A DNA stretch of 64,000 nt, from assembly GCA_048128005.1 (NCBI GenBank), contig JBEUKZ010000070.1, positions 248,001-312,000 on the forward strand. Reading direction: 5' to 3'. Both the position numbers and the translations under genes were made by a program. The stretch is from Veleropilina oligotropha. Its lineage: Eukaryota. Shown piece after piece: positions 12,080 through 25,399 of this stretch (position 1 is the stretch's first letter; every line of letters starts with the position of its first letter). Under the pieces are notes generated by a model that had not been told where the DNA came from, searched no databases, and saw only the letters and a program-made list of their open reading frames with translations.

Positions 12080-14071
12080 CTTTTGTAGTGTTCAAGACTG
12101 GTATCGATACATTCTGAATCTATGTATGGTCAGGAAAAAACATCTTAGAAATATGCACATGATGATGTGTTTCTTCATGCCTGAATAATGCATCAAGAGA
12201 AGCTTGTGTGGAGTTCCTGTATTCTTGGTGTGTGATTACCATCCAATGCCACTGATGTAATTGCTTTATCGTTTGATTCATTATTCAGATTCTCTAACTT
12301 GTTTGCCATATGGAAACTTATATTGCAAATGCAAAAGGTCTGTTCCTTATATGTGCCTACACATGCAATTAATTTACTAGACAAGGTAACATTTAAGTCC
12401 TTATTGAAACTATTTGTACAATTTAATCATATGAAATGTTTACTTTTTGCTTTGTATTCATTTTTATCATGAATTTGAGCAAGTGACAAATGAAATTTTC
12501 GAGAATAAATTCAACTTGTAAATATTTCATGCATATGAATGCGTCTTGGTAATATGTATGCATTTCTAAAATAATGTTTTTATGTCTGGTGATTACTCGA
12601 ACAATTTAATGCAAACATTACACACATATTCTGTTGTGAGTTTAGTACTTTACACGATATTGTATTTTCTACCAGGGGTTACTCTCTAAACAAGTATCGC
12701 TCTGTTAATAAGCGACTCTTACATTGCTACAGCAGTCTAAGGTTAAATCATGTATCCAATATTCTATTAATGTTATGTTTATTTACTGAAATGATGATGA
12801 TTTGTTTTACAAAGCCTTTTCTCTAGATCTGCATCAGTGAACCAGTGATATCTTCCCAATGATAAATTATATTCAGATCAAATACGGCATTTTGAAATTT
12901 CAGCATTGACTGCACAGGTCTTCTAGCTCTTTATAAATGTAAACTGAAAATTCAACCATTTTGTCATTGGCATTATACTTAAATGATGTGGTACAGTAAT
13001 GAATAGGAATAATATTATAAATATATTGTTAATATAAAATTGTACATAGATTCTATCACATTTATATTTATTTTAAATTTGTCTCCTAATTCCACATCAC
13101 ATTCTATTGTCGGGCTTCATTGAACAAAATGGGATGTGTCATGAATTTAATAGCATGGAGTCTACAAATGAAAATTTCAGGTTGAAATCGACTTCATGTT
13201 ACTTCAACTCGAACATGTAATCAGATAATAGCAGATTAATTGGGGACCCAGCATGACTCGAAGTCTACAAATGAAAGATAAAATATATATTTATTTACAT
13301 GCATAACACATTTTTGACATTAATTACTAATACAGTATAACAGTATAATTTTAATACATAACTTTATTTCTGCTATTGAAATAGGGATTTCATGTGCCAT
13401 GTTTGGATCTCTGACAAAGCATAAATAAGTATAAATACATTTTATATAATACTTTTTGCCATTTAATGCACAGACTTCACTTGTTTGAAAACACCAATAA
13501 TTCAATTTGTTCACATTAATTTTTCAATATCCACATCTAAACAGTGTTTTGATGAAATATGTATAAATGGTCTTATATTGTGTAAATATAGTGTTTTACT
13601 TGTAATGGTGTGTGAGATACGGGTTTGTTATATAAAAAAAGAAGAAAATAGAATGCTTACTTTCGTAAATTGTTCTCTTTGTGATGATGTTTAAAGAAAT
13701 ATGTTTTAACACCCCCACCACCATAATCGAAACAGTGTTTACTACAATTAGAATTTGATGAACAAATCTTTTCTACATTCAGTATCATTATGCATCACCG
13801 CATGGTGAAAAATAGCAATGTCTCACAATGCTTTAATGATGCACTGTGTGCTTGCCAGTCAGCAGTGAAACTGGATTACGCTTGAAGTTAACTTACTGTA
13901 AAACATCATCTATCACTGAATGAAGCTTAAGCTTGAAGTTAGTAATCTGATACTGCATCAAGCTTGAAGATATCTCATTTGACACTGGATAAAGTTAATT
14001 TAATTCCACTCACTTTCCTTGTACAACATCATTAGAAATAAGACTTTCGTTACATTAATTATGACCTGCAT

Positions 14072-14397
14072 TTAAATTTCTATCATATGCGTATAGGGAC
14101 CATTGGTTACTGTAGACAACACTTGTACATTGCCGTAAGTTCCGTGTCTCACAATGCATCCACGTTCTTGAGATTTGACATTTATTTCCAACATTTCTTG
14201 GCACAATCGTATAAACTCTGAATATAAGACAAGACCCTCCTCCTTGCCGATGTTCCTATGGTACTGCATAACCTTTCCCTTAAGACTCCCGCCTAAAGTC
14301 GCTTGTGGGATGATCAGAACATCGCCCGGGAGATCAAGGATTGAGACCAGTTTCCCATCATCAGACGAACTCAATCTGGCATTAACAGCTGATTTGA
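14072..14397 (-). CDS. DTD2: D-aminoacyl-tRNA deacylase 2, exon 3
   Basis: [20 protein letters not shown]...MQYH...HGTYGN.QVL...[11 protein letters not shown] (PQATL and NGP signatures); acceptor ttttattttacAG. Confidence 0.93.
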
Positions 14398-15085
14398 CTG
14401 TAAAATAAAATAAACAGAACTTATATTCTCTGACTTCGACATGTATGACGAAATATATACTTTTATGAAATTATATACTTATTACTAGAAATAAAGAAAC
14501 AGAAACTTTGCATCCAATGTTCAGCCTAGACAACAAAGCAAAGAACATATTTGTAAGGCTAGTGCAGATGAAATAATATAAGTTGTCGAGTGACGTCGCG
14601 GTAAACACGGTGAATTGAATAACGTTATTCACCGTGTTTACCAAGATGTTGCTCGACAACGTATTTATCTTGATTTATATCCTGTTTTACCTTGATAAAC
14701 ACACTCCCGACTTGGCTCATAACACTTGTTATTTATGACCATAGCAGCCATTTTAAATTTGCATAGCAAATGACGGTTTCAGTAAGGCTGAGTTATTTTC
14801 CTTTGACCTGAAAGGAACATTTTGATTGAGAAGTGACGTCACTGTGGTACAAGGTTCCATCAACCACGTCTGGCCGTGGTTCATGTCCAATTAGTGAAAT
14901 GACTTCAGCCAATCAGAACAGAGGATTAGTGGCAAAATCAAGATAAATATAGATCTACATCACCCATGAAGGTGGTCTAGGTTACAAGGCATGAAAAGTT
15001 GAGAGCCCAGAACTAGCTTAGTCTGCTCTCCTAAAATTCAATCTACGATTTCTATTAGTTACTGAAGGATTGTCAACTAGAAATG

Positions 15086-16690
15086 TATGGGGTGCCGTTT
15101 TGCTATTTAATCGCTTTTGCGTGATATCACCCATTCACTGGGTGATATCACCCATTCAATGGGTGATATCACGTAGACGAATGAGTGATATCACTCATTC
15201 GCAATTGAATGAGTGATATCACACAGTCGTCTGCGTGATATCACTTAGACGACTGCGTGATATCACACAAACGACTGCGTGATATCACCTATTCAAACGA
15301 ATGCGGGATATCACGCAGTCGTCTAAGTGATATCACTCAGTCGTCTAAGTGATATCACCCATTCAAACGACTACGTGATATCACCCATTCGTCTGAGTGA
15401 TATCACGCAGTCGTTTAAGTGATATCACTCATTCGTCTAAGTGATATCACACATTCAAACGACTACGTGATATCACCCATTCGTCTGCGTGATATCACCC
15501 AGTCGTCTAAGTGATATCACTCATTCAAACGACTAAGTGATATCACTTAGACGAATGGGTGATATCACACATTCGCTATTTCCAAAGATAATTATTGCTC
15601 CCTGTGTCCCCCAGAGAGTTGATTGGATAAATTAATAGTATTGTAAAAAAAAATTCATAACACAAATAGAAAGTTTTATTTTGTACCCTTCAGGAGATGA
15701 ACACTTTATTTTTTTAGGATTATTTACAACATAATTTATGCAGTAAATATCTGTCACCCCATACTTCTTTCTGTCAATCTAATCAAGTACAGAGATGATC
15801 GTAGACTCGATTGTGGTGAAGTGATCTTATGCCAACATATCCTTGATTAATCTCAATGACCGCGATGCCTGTCTCAGCTCAACTTTTACTTGATTGCAGT
15901 CAACATCTTCATTTTCCAAACACCGGTTGGCGCTAGTTAGTACATGCTGAATGCGCCTAAAAATATCGCGTTTTTGTTGAGCTTGTTGGTTATTAATTGT
16001 TTGCGGGGGCACTTGGTTCATGGTTAATATTTAATTCAATCAAGACGCATATTTGACCAGTTTATAGTCACTGCATGAATCACACCAATTACTTGGCAAA
16101 TTATGACGTATTATCCATAACAATCGCTCGATGCAGTAAATCGAAAGGCTTCATCAACTGCGGCAGTCTCCAAAACAGAGACGAGTTATTTCCCCTGCCG
16201 AATACCATACACAGTAGCGTAGCACAATCGGCGCATGAGATTGCAACTGCGGAGCAGCACAGGGGAGAATTTATTATTTGGCAGTAGATAAAAACGAATG
16301 CGTGATATCACTTAGTCGAATGCGTGATATCACTTAGTCGTTTGAATGGGTGATATCACTTAGACGACTGAGTGATATCACATAGACGACTGTGTGATAC
16401 CACACATTCGTTTGAATGAGTGATATCACACAAACGAATGAGTGATATCACTTAGACCACTGCGTGATATCACGCAGACGTCTGCGTGATATCACTCATT
16501 CGTTTGTTTATGTGATATCACCTAGACGACTGCGTGATATCACGCAGACGACTGCGTGATATCACTCATTCGTTTGAATGGGTGATATCACCCAGTCTTC
16601 TATGTGATATCACTTAGATGACTGCGTGATATCACTTAGACGACTGCGTGATATCACGAAAACGATTAAATAGCAAAACGGCACCCCATA
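15086..16690. mobile_element. Non-autonomous TIR/foldback transposon with arrays of the palindrome GTGATATCAC
   Basis: TIR TATGGGGTGCCGTTTTGCTATTTAATCG at both ends; 6-bp direct repeat GAAATG on both flanks. Confidence 0.85.
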
Positions 16691-16718
16691 GAAATGCACT
16701 CGATTAATCTAAGGCACA

Positions 16719-16800
16719 GACTACTGCCAAATCATGTTGAACGCACCAATTCTCTTCAGATCACCAAAGTTAAGCACCATTGAACTCCACCAGTGCTTGG
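16719..16800 (+). pseudogene. Degenerate, 3'-truncated 5S rRNA copy (or SINE3 head)
   Basis: gactactgccaaatcatgttgaacgcaccaattctcttcagatcaccaaagttaagc...agtgcttgg aligns by eye to invertebrate 5S (GTCTACGGCCATATCACGTTGAA...CCGAAGTTAAGC...AGTACTTGG). Confidence 0.65.
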
Positions 16801-17202
16801 TATTAACTGTGCTCTGGCTGATGCCCGGATAGAGACATTGTTAAGCACCATTGAACTCCGCCAGTGCTTGGTATTAACTGTGCTCTGGCTGATGCCCGGA
16901 TAGAGACATTGTTAAGCACCATTGAACTCCGCCAGTGCTTGGTATTAACTGTGCTCTGTCTGATGCCCGGATAGAGACATTGAACAAAGCTTACAATTGA
17001 GAATGACTGAGACATTGTTAATACATATGATCACAAAGCATGCATGCAATCAAAGACAACCCACTACTTAAGTTAATAATAAAATATCTCAAAATAACAC
17101 TTAGTTTAAAGTACTGTGTCTATCAATTTCTTACAAGCATCAATTTGAAGTTTGTGCTATATTTTTTAAATACTGTACCGGTAAGTGTATATCGGATCTT
17201 AC

Positions 17203-17272
17203 CCAATTTCTGTGCAGTGTCCACTGTTGCTCCATTCAAGAAACAAACATAAATCATGAGGCCTCGATCAAT
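17203..17272 (-). CDS. DTD2: DTD2 exon 2
   Basis: IDRGLMIYVCFLNGATVDTAQKL(V); tttcAG acceptor and GTAAG donor; phases match exons 1 and 3. Confidence 0.9.
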
Positions 17273-17712
17273 CTGAAATGAATCAAATATATGTGACCTT
17301 GACCAATCTGAAATGAATCGAATACATGCTGCCTTGATCAATCTGAAAGGAATCGAATACATGAGGCCTCTATTAATATTAAAGGAATCAAAAGACATGA
17401 GGCTTCGATCAATCTGAAGGGAATCGAATACATGCAACTTCGATCAATCTGAAAATAATCGAATACATGCAGCCTTGATCAATCTGAAAGGAATCGAATA
17501 CATGAGGCCTTGATCAATCTTCAAGAAATCAAAGACATGAGGCCTTGATCAATCTGAACAGATTAAAAGACAATAAGGCCTCGATCAATATGAAAGGAAT
17601 CAAATACATCAGTCTTTGATCAATCTGAAAGGAATCGAATACATATATATGCATGCAGCCATGATCAATCTGAAAGGAATCGAATACATGAGGCATTGAT
17701 CAATCTGAAAGA
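17255..17712. repeat. ~36-bp minisatellite made of the DTD2 exon-2 splice acceptor and first codons
   Basis: About a dozen copies of (minus strand) attcctttcAGattgatc(a/g)aggcctcatgt. Confidence 0.85.
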
Positions 17713-18004
17713 AATAAAATGGATACTGTGAACACAAATCTTTGATTTGACAAGCTTAATATATGGTAAACTTTTTGGTAAAATATTATATTAAATAAAA
17801 TCGGGATAGCTTCAATAAATAAATTTATGAAAAGTAACATGAATTTGTAACAAAAGTGATAGCGCAAATTTAATCTTGACGAATAGATATATTCGAGTAC
17901 AACTTTAAACATTTATATGATACAATTTGAATTGAATTTTTTTACACGCACCTGTGGTGCGAATCCGGTCTACTTTACGATTTAGCCTATATATGTCATA
18001 CTTA

Positions 18005-21000
18005 CGGAAGTGTATTTAGATCACTGGCAACGACTAAACTAAATTGTTATTACACAATTTAGCTAAATTGTTAACAATTTAGCTAAATTGTTAACAATTT
18101 AGTAAAATTGTTATTACACTTTAGGTAAATTGTTAACAATTTAGTAAAATTGTTATTACACTTTAGGTAAATTGTTATTACAAGTTAGCTAAATTGTTAT
18201 AACAATTTACTAAATTATAACAATTTACTAAATTGTTATTACAATTTAGGTAAATTTTTATTACAATTTAGGTAAATTGTTATAATTTACTAAATTGTTA
18301 TTACAATTTAGGTAATTTTCTATATGTGCGTTTTAATTGATTTTCTTTAGCGCCGCTCCGGTAGGCGAGTGGATAGGAGTGCGGTGTCAAACAGGAGTGC
18401 GTTGGGACCAATATTGCAGAAAATAACGGTCATCGATGATCAAGAATGATCACCACTCAATTAATCCGACTCGCACAGTTCTCAAATTACCGTTTGCATC
18501 AACGCATGCACTTTAGAGTGTCCACACCACTCGTCAAAATCTGCACACTTACTCTTCATAATCAGGGCCGATGCCCGGGGGAGGGGGTTTCGAGGGTTTC
18601 GATCGAACCAACCCCCCCCCTTGCCAATGGATAGCCTTTGAAATCAAAGTCAATATATATTTTACAGTGGCCTCCTTCTAGTGTCAACAGTTAACAATTG
18701 AATATGTATTTATTGAGCGCTGATTGACTTTTCATGCAGTCAAACCAGTTCTGCCCAATTACGACAGTTACGCAAACCTTTCACACATCTTTATATTTGA
18801 CAGAAATGTTCAGTCATCATCAACATGTCGGAGGATATGGCGAGTTTCCAAGAACCGCTGGGTACGACCTTGGCCTTCCAATGGCTCCTCTCCATCTGGC
18901 TCTGTCCTGGGGACCTTCCCATCTGTCGCATATTGATGGACATAGCGTGCTGCCAGATTTCCATTGGTCTGCCGTCAGGAGGTCGCCCATCCACGAAAAA
19001 CATGGTGCAGTCAGTCGGCGTTGTCCTTCCACTCCAAACCATCTCAGTCTACTCCTCTTCACAACGTCACTAACCGCCTTCACCCCTAGCCGTCTTCCCA
19101 ATGCCTCACTCGTCAGTCCATCCCACAGAGACACGCCACGCATCCACCTGATCATGCTCATCTCCGTTCTTTCCAATTTCATGTGATGGTCTACCCTCGT
19201 GGCCAATGAGTCGCAACCGTAAAGCAAGCAACATCTGACACATGCCGTGTAGGCCTACACTTGGCCCTTCATCTTCAGGAGTGGCACCTTTGGTGTTCGG
19301 AATGGTGGCAACTCTCTGAACCTTTTCCACGCACACCTCGCTCTCGCCGTCACCGCTGTGTCCACCCCACCGCACACGCACTCAGCATGTTGCCCAGGTA
19401 AAATAACTGGTCCACCACCCCATACCCAGCACAATGGTCGGTACGACAGCTGTATGGTTTCAGTTGTGGACTCCGAAAAATCACTGGCTTGATTCCGCTG
19501 AAACAGTAGTGGGTTCAAACCTCGACTGGGACATCATATATTTGTTCAAGTTATGAATCACAGTTGTCCATAACTGGTCAGATAGGGCGAGTTTCCACGG
19601 GATTTCCTCCCACTATAATTTGGACATATCCTGCTAGAACCAAATGATGGTTGAAATATACAGGACATTATAAGCATCGATCCTTTCCTTTTTTCATACC
19701 CATCACCATCCATCTCCAGTCCATCCTCACCCACCAGTGGAACGTCTCTCCTACACCCTACACCTCCTGCACACGAACGTCGCAATGCAGGCTGCCTTTG
19801 ACCCCACTACAACTCTTGTGGACCCATTTTTCACATGCTGTACTGTACACCTTAGCACACACTTCACATGAACATGCACCGGACTCCGATACCGATCCAC
19901 TGGCATCACTGCTAACCATCACCGACTTTCCGGCGTTCACCTTCAGCCCATCCCAGAAGGCACCTCCGATACTCCTCTAGCATCCTTATCAGCTCCTCTG
20001 TGGATGGTGCAGTGAAGCCAAATGTCGGTTACATGATTGTTAATTAACAAAACCATTAATGTCTCTTATTTCATATTAATAAATTCAAAGGCAAATCATA
20101 ATAATAATAATAATCTGAAGATTTATCTGCGCTTTCCCACACATACAAGATGCGTGCTCAAAGCGCTTACATTATTATTACCTGGTTAATGGCCTGTTCA
20201 TTCAATATACATTCAATATTCCTTCCTGCCAACCAGTACCCATTTAGATCTCAGATCGGCTGGGTGAATATGTTGTTTTTTCTGAGAACGCGGCAAAAAG
20301 AAGGACTCTTTTGCAATGAATCATAATACACATTATACTAGTATTTGAAAATGATTCGTTTGGTTTTGGTAGTCTCTGTGCTAAATTCTCTTTCCATGAG
20401 GGTGGAGAAAAATAAGGGCGCCCCACCTGAAAATTTTATAATACACTTACGATGAAAAACATGTAAGATGGCATGCTAAAAACATCGCATTTACAGCCTC
20501 AAAATGCACGAGAAGCTGTTCCACAGCAGTATATGCTACAATTTTCTTCTGCGTGGGCCCCCATCATCACGCGCACTGTTGTAATGTAAACTTGAGCTCC
20601 CCCTCCAAAAATGAAACTCTTTTCACATTTTGGGTCATAACAGGACATGTACATATTATCCCGCAAGTATATATTTCAAATTGTATTCATGGACAAGTAT
20701 GCCCCCAGCAAGTTATATTCGAACCCCTCTTCACAAAATCCTGGCTACGGCCCTGATAATGGCAATCAAACGTATAATTATCAACATGGTGATCAGCTAC
20801 CATTCCTCGTGGATTACTTTTGTCATTCGACTCAATTCATGTATGCAGATATTGGATGATGATGCTGTTGTCATCTATGAATATCGAACGACTGACAATG
20901 GCATGATCATCGAAATGTGGCACGACGTTATCCACTACGTTTTGTAAATAACATTGACCATTGGGCATCCAGGCACTTTTTTTACAAGTCATAATTTTGA

Positions 21001-22385
21001 TTGTAAGAAATATAGCGCTTTGCACTGTCCTAATGCAGGTGACGTTTCATACCGTTAATTGTCCAAATTTTCCTCTGCGTGGGGCCACATCCCAAACGAA
21101 CAGTTTATATTATATTTCCTAACAAAGTTGACCGCCACATTTTCAAATTTCTACATCTGCCCCTGCCAGGTATTGTAATGAGGTCAAACTTTCCGATATG
21201 GAAAATGCAATTCCCACCCATCACAGGAGTTCCTGTAAAAGTTTGATTGCATGGATCGCCTCATGGTAATATGTCTCATTACACAGAGAACCACGGGCAT
21301 TGATCTTCCTTGGTTTTTCAAGTCTTTGGCGATCCTTTCTTTCATTATTTTCCTCACCGGTTCTTATTCACAAGTCGAACAACAACCGCGTTGTTAATGT
21401 TCCATCTTGCTGTGGGTAATGCTTAACCAATAATTTGCCGTCTTGTATTTACTGATCGCTAGATCATGCACGTCAAGAAAAGTTAATTTCCACCTGGACA
21501 TGTCTATATCGCGGGAGCAAAATCCTGTCGCACGGAAACACCTGCATTGTTCGGCTATTTATGGACAACTGTGACTGGCTATGCAGCGAAGAATGCCATT
21601 GTCTCATGGTCACCAACCGAGGTTCTTATGTATTACTGTCAAGTAAATGAATTCAGAGCCCACACTCTTATTCCATGTATTCACTCGGCTACCGGAGGAA
21701 ATTAGTTAAAATGCACACACACAAGCTTGCTCACACACACAGTTTAATGTAAGTTGCACTAACAATTTCAGCTTTGTTAATGTTTTCATTATAGCACGCA
21801 ATACGTTACATTTACAATTTCAATACCTAATATTTGTTTTTCAAACATGATGCTTACTGTCCTGATTTTGAAGCTCTATCAGAACATGTCCATATTATAA
21901 CGAGAGGAAAGCCTGCTTGCCCGTGAAAACCTGATCAGTTATGGACAACTTTGACTGATATCGTAACTGAATGTAGAATGCCATAGCAAAAGGCCTCGAA
22001 CGTGGTTCAAACCCACTCCTGTTTGACAGAGAAATCAAGTGAGTGAATTCGGAGACCGCAGTCTAATCCACTCGCCTACCAGACCGGCCCATTACGAAAT
22101 TAATTAAAATATACACACATATGTAAATCCACCGGCCAAACAGAGCGGCGCATTGAGAAATTAATTAAAATATTCAAGCATATATAAATATGAAGAAATT
22201 TACTAAATTGTTATAACAATTTAGCTAAATTGTTATAACAATTTAGCTAAATTGTTATAACAATTTAGTAAATTGTTATAACAATTTGGCTAAATTGTTA
22301 TAACAATGCTAAATTGAAATAACAATTTAGTAAATTGTAATAACAATTTAGTTCAGTCGTTACCGGTGTCCTTAATACGCTTCCG
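18005..22385. mobile_element. Foldback-type TIR element filling most of DTD2 intron 1
   Basis: Imperfect TIR CGGAAG..GTATT..CAC(T/C)GG(C/T)AACGACT(A/G)AACTAAATTGTTATTACA, subterminal AAATTGTT/AACAATTT arrays at both ends, TA on both flanks. Confidence 0.75.
18950..20010 (-). pseudogene. Degenerate RTE-clade LINE reverse transcriptase fragment
   Basis: ARARCAWKRFREL..P, MLYGC, LERTEMSMIRWMRGV, RLRWFG fragments in broken frames. Confidence 0.75.
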
Positions 22386-22392
22386 TACATAC

Positions 22393-22518
22393 TTGTACAA
22401 ATTCAGCTTCTTTATCTCTTGTTTTAGGCTGTGTTTGTAGCTTTGCGGACATGCACTGCTGTAAGACGAGTCGTGCATGGCTACCGATCGACGATTCTTT
22501 CGCATCCTCTGATGACAT
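22393..22518 (-). CDS. DTD2: DTD2 exon 1
   Basis: MSSEDAKESSIGSHARLVLQQCMSAKLQTQPKTRDKEAEFVQ, GTATGT donor; spliced product 173 aa. Confidence 0.9.
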
Positions 22519-22740
22519 TCTTTCTGGTTTTCGAAATGTAGGCCCATTGAAGTTTCGTCAGTCGATTTCATCACATGGATTATTTGTAAAATTGTTGCTA
22601 TAACTGAATTACCGTCAGATAACGCAATATCTTCAATCGTCGAGTTATAAAAGTAATATTATCGGACCGTTATAACAATGTCACACTCAATATAATATTA
22701 TTATGACAAGAGTTCAAATGATGAACTTAAGCGGCCCAAC
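22519..22740. promoter_or_regulatory. Bidirectional promoter region between the DTD2 and COA4 start codons
   Basis: Divergent ATGs 222 bp apart; YY1-like AACATGGCGGC overlaps the COA4 ATG. Confidence 0.7.
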
Positions 22741-22857
22741 ATGGCGGCCCCCATGGGACACGATCGCTCTCGAAAGGTGATAGACGATGACGAAGAAGAT
22801 CCTGTAGATGCGATGATCAAGAAAACCGGTTGCGAAAAACATCACTACGAAGTACAG
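22741..22857 (+). CDS. COA4: Cytochrome c oxidase assembly factor 4 (CHCHD8), exon 1
   Basis: MAAPMGHDRSRKVIDDDEEDPVDAMIKKTGCEKHHYEVQ followed by GT donor at 22858. Confidence 0.9.
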
Positions 22858-23591
22858 GTGAAATAGCAGTAAAAGTCTTCACTTGCCGAACTTAAGATAC
22901 TCATAATTTCATGTTGAAGATCTTGTTAAATTTTTTTCAAAAGTTGTTCCCCTTGATCCATATTCTTGTCCCTGTTTCATAAATTTATTTCAATGAGGAA
23001 AACATCAACCGATCTAAGATTTGATTTGAACCAGTGTTTATTTTACGTTCACATTTTAACCATTTCTGAGATGTTTCTGTAGTCTGAGCTCTGGATTAAC
23101 GTCTCTATCCGATTCAGGTGGACGGATAATGTTTGCAATGAAGACTACATAAATGTCCTACCTGTGAAAACTTCAAGGGAATCGAATCCGTAGCTACGGC
23201 GCCGCCTCCCCGCACCGCGAGGACGTGTTTCCGCCAACATATGCCTTTTAGGGTATGAGCATAAAAGGTGTTGATGCATTGATGTTTAACGACCACGTCA
23301 ACAGTACCGGTATTTCAGTCAGAAATCAGGGTATTCAACTTTTGAATGATGATACAATTGGTGCTGTGTGCAGTGGAGGCAGCGATCATGGGGAAAATCC
23401 CCAGCACTCCCAAGGATTGAACACAGAACCTTCCGTTATTAGATCAGCATCCTATCCACTCGACCATGCTGCCCCCTGAGCATGAAAGGTGTTAAAATGG
23501 GATCGAAATGGTACGGTACCAAGCAAGAAAACAACATCAATGTCATCACACTAGCATGACATGCAATAATTAAAATGGCTATCGCATTATT

Positions 23592-24035
23592 AACAAGAAC
23601 GACGCGTTCGGAATATGTCTTGACCTTTCTTATTTCCGTCAAATTTTCATAACAGTTATAACGTTACAATGGCTATATAAGTGCAAGCTTTCATGGCCTA
23701 ATTTACTACCCCGTCGATTGTGACGTCACCAAATGATGATTAATCTAAAGCGACGTCGTAATGACGTCATTGCTCTTTTCTTGCAATATTAGACATACGC
23801 TATATACAAATATGCATAAAAGTGCCTAATAAATGCATATTTTTGCAAAATTATGTCGCGAAAGTTATATACACGACCTACAAATAATCTTGGGAATGTG
23901 TGTACCAATTTTCAGGTTAATTGGTTCAGTAGTTTTCGAGAAAATCAGCGGATATATATATATATATATAAGTATATATACACACGGACCATTTGATAAT
24001 GTCGTCCTTTTTTGTCAAAAGGTCAAGACATAAAA
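23592..24035 (+). repeat. ~440-bp dispersed repeat; inverted copy at ~40655-41092
   Basis: aacaagaacgacgcgttcggaatatgtcttgac...aggtcaagacataaaaa is present in both orientations. Confidence 0.8.
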
Positions 24036-25022
24036 ATAGACAGCCGCAGAGCTGTCGGAAACCCCAGCCTTATATAGCAATCGGACTGCCATATAAAATC
24101 TGTGATCTTGACTTTTCCAGTAACTGTGGCTAATTAATACTGTGTTTGCTGACCATCATGTAAAAGTTTGGATGAAAAAATAATAAAAAATTCTGAAATA
24201 AAAATTATTTTCATCAAAATCAAAGGTCATACAAGGAAAATTATGCCGCAGCACACTAGGGTAGCTCAAGGATGGTTAGTATATTAAATAATAAGGTGGC
24301 ATGTATAGTAGCCAAGATATTGTCAGGATAAAAATTTGCATCCTAGATTTTGTGTCAAAGGTCACACTGGCAAGGTCAAAGGGCGCACACGGATAATTAT
24401 ATCGCCATGCGCTAGGGTATGTTAAGATGAGCCGCCATGCCAACATTCATCAAGCTGACATATATACAAGGCGAGATATGATCCTGACAAAATTTTCATC
24501 CTATGTTTTGGGTAAAGTCACAAGAGCAAGGTCAAAGGTCGCACATGGAAATTTATATCGCCACACGCTACGGTAAGTCAAGGAAGTTAGCATACCAAGT
24601 ATCTTTAAGCTGGCAAACATACAAGCTGAGGTAAGATCCGGACAAAGCTTTAAATATTCTATATTTGGGTACGGTCACAAGGGCAAGGTCAAAGGTCGCT
24701 CTCCGATAATGATGTCGCCACATGCAAGGGTGGGTCAAGGTAAGTTAATTTACAAAAGTAAATGAAGGTTTCGTATATAGTAGCCGAGATATTGTCCGGA
24801 CAAAACTTGCATACTGGATTTTGTGTCAAAGGTCACAACAGCAATGTCGAAGGTTGCACATGGATAATTATATCGCCATGCACTAGGGTAGGTCATGGTA
24901 AGTAGAATACTAAGTTTCATCAAGCTGACATACAAACAAGCCGAGATATGATCCGGACAAATCCTCCACCTGCCCACCTCGGGTGATTACAATAAACCCA
25001 GCCTTATTTTTAGGATGGGATA
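24035..25022 (+). mobile_element. HINE/MITE-like element with AAGGTCAAAGGTC repeats and 3' hairpin
   Basis: Head shared with 10440-10550 (reverse); ends in hairpin cccagcct-tattttt-aggatggg. Confidence 0.55.
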
Positions 25023-25023
25023 G

Positions 25024-25291
25024 AGCAGCATGGGGGGGTGAATGCACCAGCTCTATTTTGGCCAGGAAGGCTCCCAGCACCTTTTCAGAACCAGCTCTAT
25101 TTTGGCCAGGAAGGCTCCCAGCACCTATTCAGTACCAGCTCTATTTGGGCCAGGAAGGCTCCCAGCACCTTTGCAGAACCAGCTCTATTTTGGCCAGGAA
25201 GGCTCCCAGCACCTTTTCAGAATATATACCGATCCACGAGGCGATCGTCTGCACAACTATATAGAGCCCCCATGGACGGCCCGCCACCCTC
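25024..25291 (+). repeat. Left terminal inverted repeat with ~4 x 44-bp subrepeats
   Basis: Reverse complement of 38439-38723 with about 8 substitutions by eye and a shorter G-run. Confidence 0.95.
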
Positions 25292-25399
25292 AAAAAGGGG
25301 TTATGGAAAATATGATTTTTCATTGCAACACGTAAACTGGCCAAGGCAGTGGTATACTTAGGCGTTGACTACCCGAGAGAGGGTGTAGAATCACATTAG

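Noticed and set aside
17123..17437. 104-aa ORF as an independent gene
   Set aside because: It is DTD2 exon 2 plus read-through of the acceptor minisatellite and intron
24983..25361. ORFs with PALFWPGRLPAP repeats (also the 5' part of 38120-38692)
   Set aside because: Translations of the 44-bp TIR subrepeats
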